From Bugula neritina (lineage: Eukaryota; Animalia; Bryozoa): 64,000 nucleotides of DNA. Position numbers and translations under genes: made by a program. Of the stretch, positions 61,701-64,000 are shown one piece after another. Numbering within the stretch: the stretch's first letter is position 1; each line of letters opens with the position of its first letter. Below the pieces are notes generated by a model. That model searched no databases. It saw nothing but the letters and a program-made list of their open reading frames with translations, and was not told where the DNA came from. Where the stretch lies: NCBI GenBank assembly GCA_964035545.1, contig CAXIUT010000183.1, forward strand, positions 1,736,001 through 1,800,000. Reading direction: 5' to 3'.

Positions 61701-64000
61701 TGGTAAACTACTGAAATATTTTTTAACACATTGAAAAATGCTGCAACATACTGAAATATATTTTAACACATTGAAAAATACTGCAACATACTGAAATATA
61801 CCGTAACACACTGAAGTACACTGCAACTCACTGAAATATACTGCAATATACTGAAATACACTGCAACATCCTACAAAATGCTGAAATACACTGTAACATA
61901 TTGAAATACACTGCAACACATTGAAATATACTGCAACATAACGAAATATATGGTAAACTACTGAAATATTTTTTAACACATTGAAAAATACTGCAACATA
62001 CTGAAATATATTTTAACACATTGAAAAATACTGCAACATACTGAAATTTACCGTAACACACTGAAGTACACTGCAACTCACTGAAATAAACTGCAATATA
62101 CTGAAATACACTGCAACATCCTACAAAATGCTGAAATACACTGTAACATATCGAAATACACTGCAACACATTGAAATATACTGCAACATACCGAAATATA
62201 TGATAAACTACTGAAATATACTGTGACACATTGAAAAAAGCTGCAACATAGTGAAATATACTGCGACACCTAGCAATATACTGTAACATACTGAAATATG
62301 CTCTAGCACACTGAAATACAATGCAACTCACTAAAATATACTGCAACATACTGAAATACACAGCAACATCCTACAACATGCTGAAGTACACTGTAACATA
62401 TTGAAATACACTGCAACACTTTGAAATATACTGCAACATACCGAAATATATGGTAAACTACTGCAACACACTACAACATATTGAAATACACTGCAACACA
62501 TTGAAATATACTGCAACATACCTAAATATACGGTAATATACTGAAATATACTGTAACACACTGAAATATACTGCAACATACTGAAATACACTGTAACATA
62601 CTGAAATATACTGCAACATACTGAAATACACTGCTACATACTGAAATATACTGCAACATACTGCAACATACTGAAATACACTGTAACATACTGAAATAAA
62701 CTGCAACATACTACAACATATTGAAATACACTGCAACACATTGAAATATACTGCAACATACCTAAATATACGGTAATATACTGAAATATACTGTAACACA
62801 TTGAAAAAACTGCAACATACTGAAATACACTGCAACACACTGAAATACACCGCAAAATACTACAACATACTTAAATACACTGTAACATATTGAAATCCAG
62901 TGCAACACATTGAAATATACTGCAACATACCGAAATATATGGTAAACTAATGAAATATACTGTAACACATTGAAAAATACCGCAACATACTGAAATATAC
63001 TGCGACACATTGCAATATACTGTAACATACTGAAATATGCTGTAGCACACTGAAATACACTGCAACATCCTACAACATACTGAAATACACTGTAAAATAT
63101 TGAAATACACTGCAAGAAATTGAAATAGACTGCAACACAACAAAATATATGGTAAACTACTGAAATAGACTTTAACACATTGAAAAATACTGCAACATAC
63201 AGAAATATACTGTAACACACTGAAATATACTGCAACATACTGAAATACACTGTAACATACTGAAATACACAGCAACATCCTACAACATGCTGAAATACAC
63301 TGTAACATATTGAAATACACTGCAACACATTGAAATATACTGCAACATACCGAAATATATGGTAAACTACTGAAATATACTGTAACACATTGAAAAATAC
63401 TGCAACGTGCTGAAATATACTGCGACACCTAGCACTATACTGTAACATACTGAAATATGCTCTAGCGCACTGAAATACAATGCAACTTACTGAAAAATAC
63501 TGCAACATACTGAAATACACTGCAACATCCTACAATATGCTGAAATACACTGTAACATATTGAAATACACTGCAACACTTTGAAATATACTGCAACATAC
63601 CGAAATATATGGTAAACTACTGCAACATACTACAACATATTGAAATACACTGCAACACATTGAAATATACTGCAACATACCTAAATATACGGTAATATAC
63701 TGAAATATACTGTAACACATTGAAAAATACTGCAACATACTGAAATATACTGTAACACACCGAAATATACAGCAACATACTGAAATACACTGTAACATAC
63801 TGAAATATACTGCAACATACTGAAACACACTGCTACATACTGAAATATACTGCAATATACTGCAACATACTGAAATACACTGTAACATACTGAAATAAAC
63901 TGCAACATACTACAACATATTGAAGTACACTGCAACACATTGAAATATACTGCAACATACCTAAATATACGGTAATATACTGAAATTCACTGTAACGCAT
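50950..64000 (+). repeat. Further rearranged copies at offsets 6404 and 4626 bp (ends approximate)
   Basis: ORF pairs 51298/57702, 52457/58861 and 53858/60262 (6404), and 56813/61439, 57202/61828, 58136/62762 and 58861/63487 (4626). Confidence 0.85.

Larger units (their letters stand above)
29534..64000 (+). repeat. Same satellite array, right arm; continues beyond window end
   Basis: Same decamers, same variant modules and same orientation. The array resumes exactly where the left arm was interrupted (AACACACTGAAACACACCGCAAAAAACTAC). Confidence 0.99.

Noticed and set aside
43-63938. Hundreds of overlapping minus-strand ORFs encoding Cys/Tyr/Val-rich hydrophobic repeats
   Set aside because: All three frames give the same peptide cycle because the 20-bp unit is stop-free and not a multiple of 3. 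Frequent 1-bp and 10-bp indels ignore frame, and there is no unique domain. These are artefacts of the satellite.
1-64000. CRISPR-like or other repeat-spacer array
   Set aside because: There are no unique spacers. The sequence between conserved motifs is itself made of the same decamer, and no cas genes are present.
1-64000. Telomeric repeat array
   Set aside because: The unit lacks G-runs, and it is highly heterogeneous with higher-order structure, unlike telomerase-templated repeats. A subtelomeric location cannot be excluded.

Overview
This window is almost entirely one eukaryote-type satellite DNA array in a single orientation. The basic unit is a 10-bp monomer (AYACTGMAAY) that alternates as a 20-bp dimer (consensus ATACTGCAAC-ATACTGAAAT, with ACACTGTAAC/ACATTGAAAT variants). 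Fixed variant decamers build ~250-bp modules. These modules are shuffled and re-amplified as kb-scale near-identical duplications with periods of 969, 1879, 1947, 2119, 2259, 3188, 3537, 4626, 6404 and 6424 bp, plus one distal copy at 32506 bp. The only non-satellite DNA is a 756-bp insertion at 28778-29533. It has 23-bp terminal inverted repeats (CACAGGATAGTTAAGGGCAWCCT), a 2-bp AA target duplication and a degenerate internal 180-bp duplication, and is best read as a non-autonomous CMC/EnSpm(CACTA)-like DNA transposon (MITE). I see no credible protein-coding or RNA gene. The hundreds of minus-strand ORFs arise because the reverse complement of the 20-bp unit has no stop codon in any frame. 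The host organism cannot be identified from this sequence.
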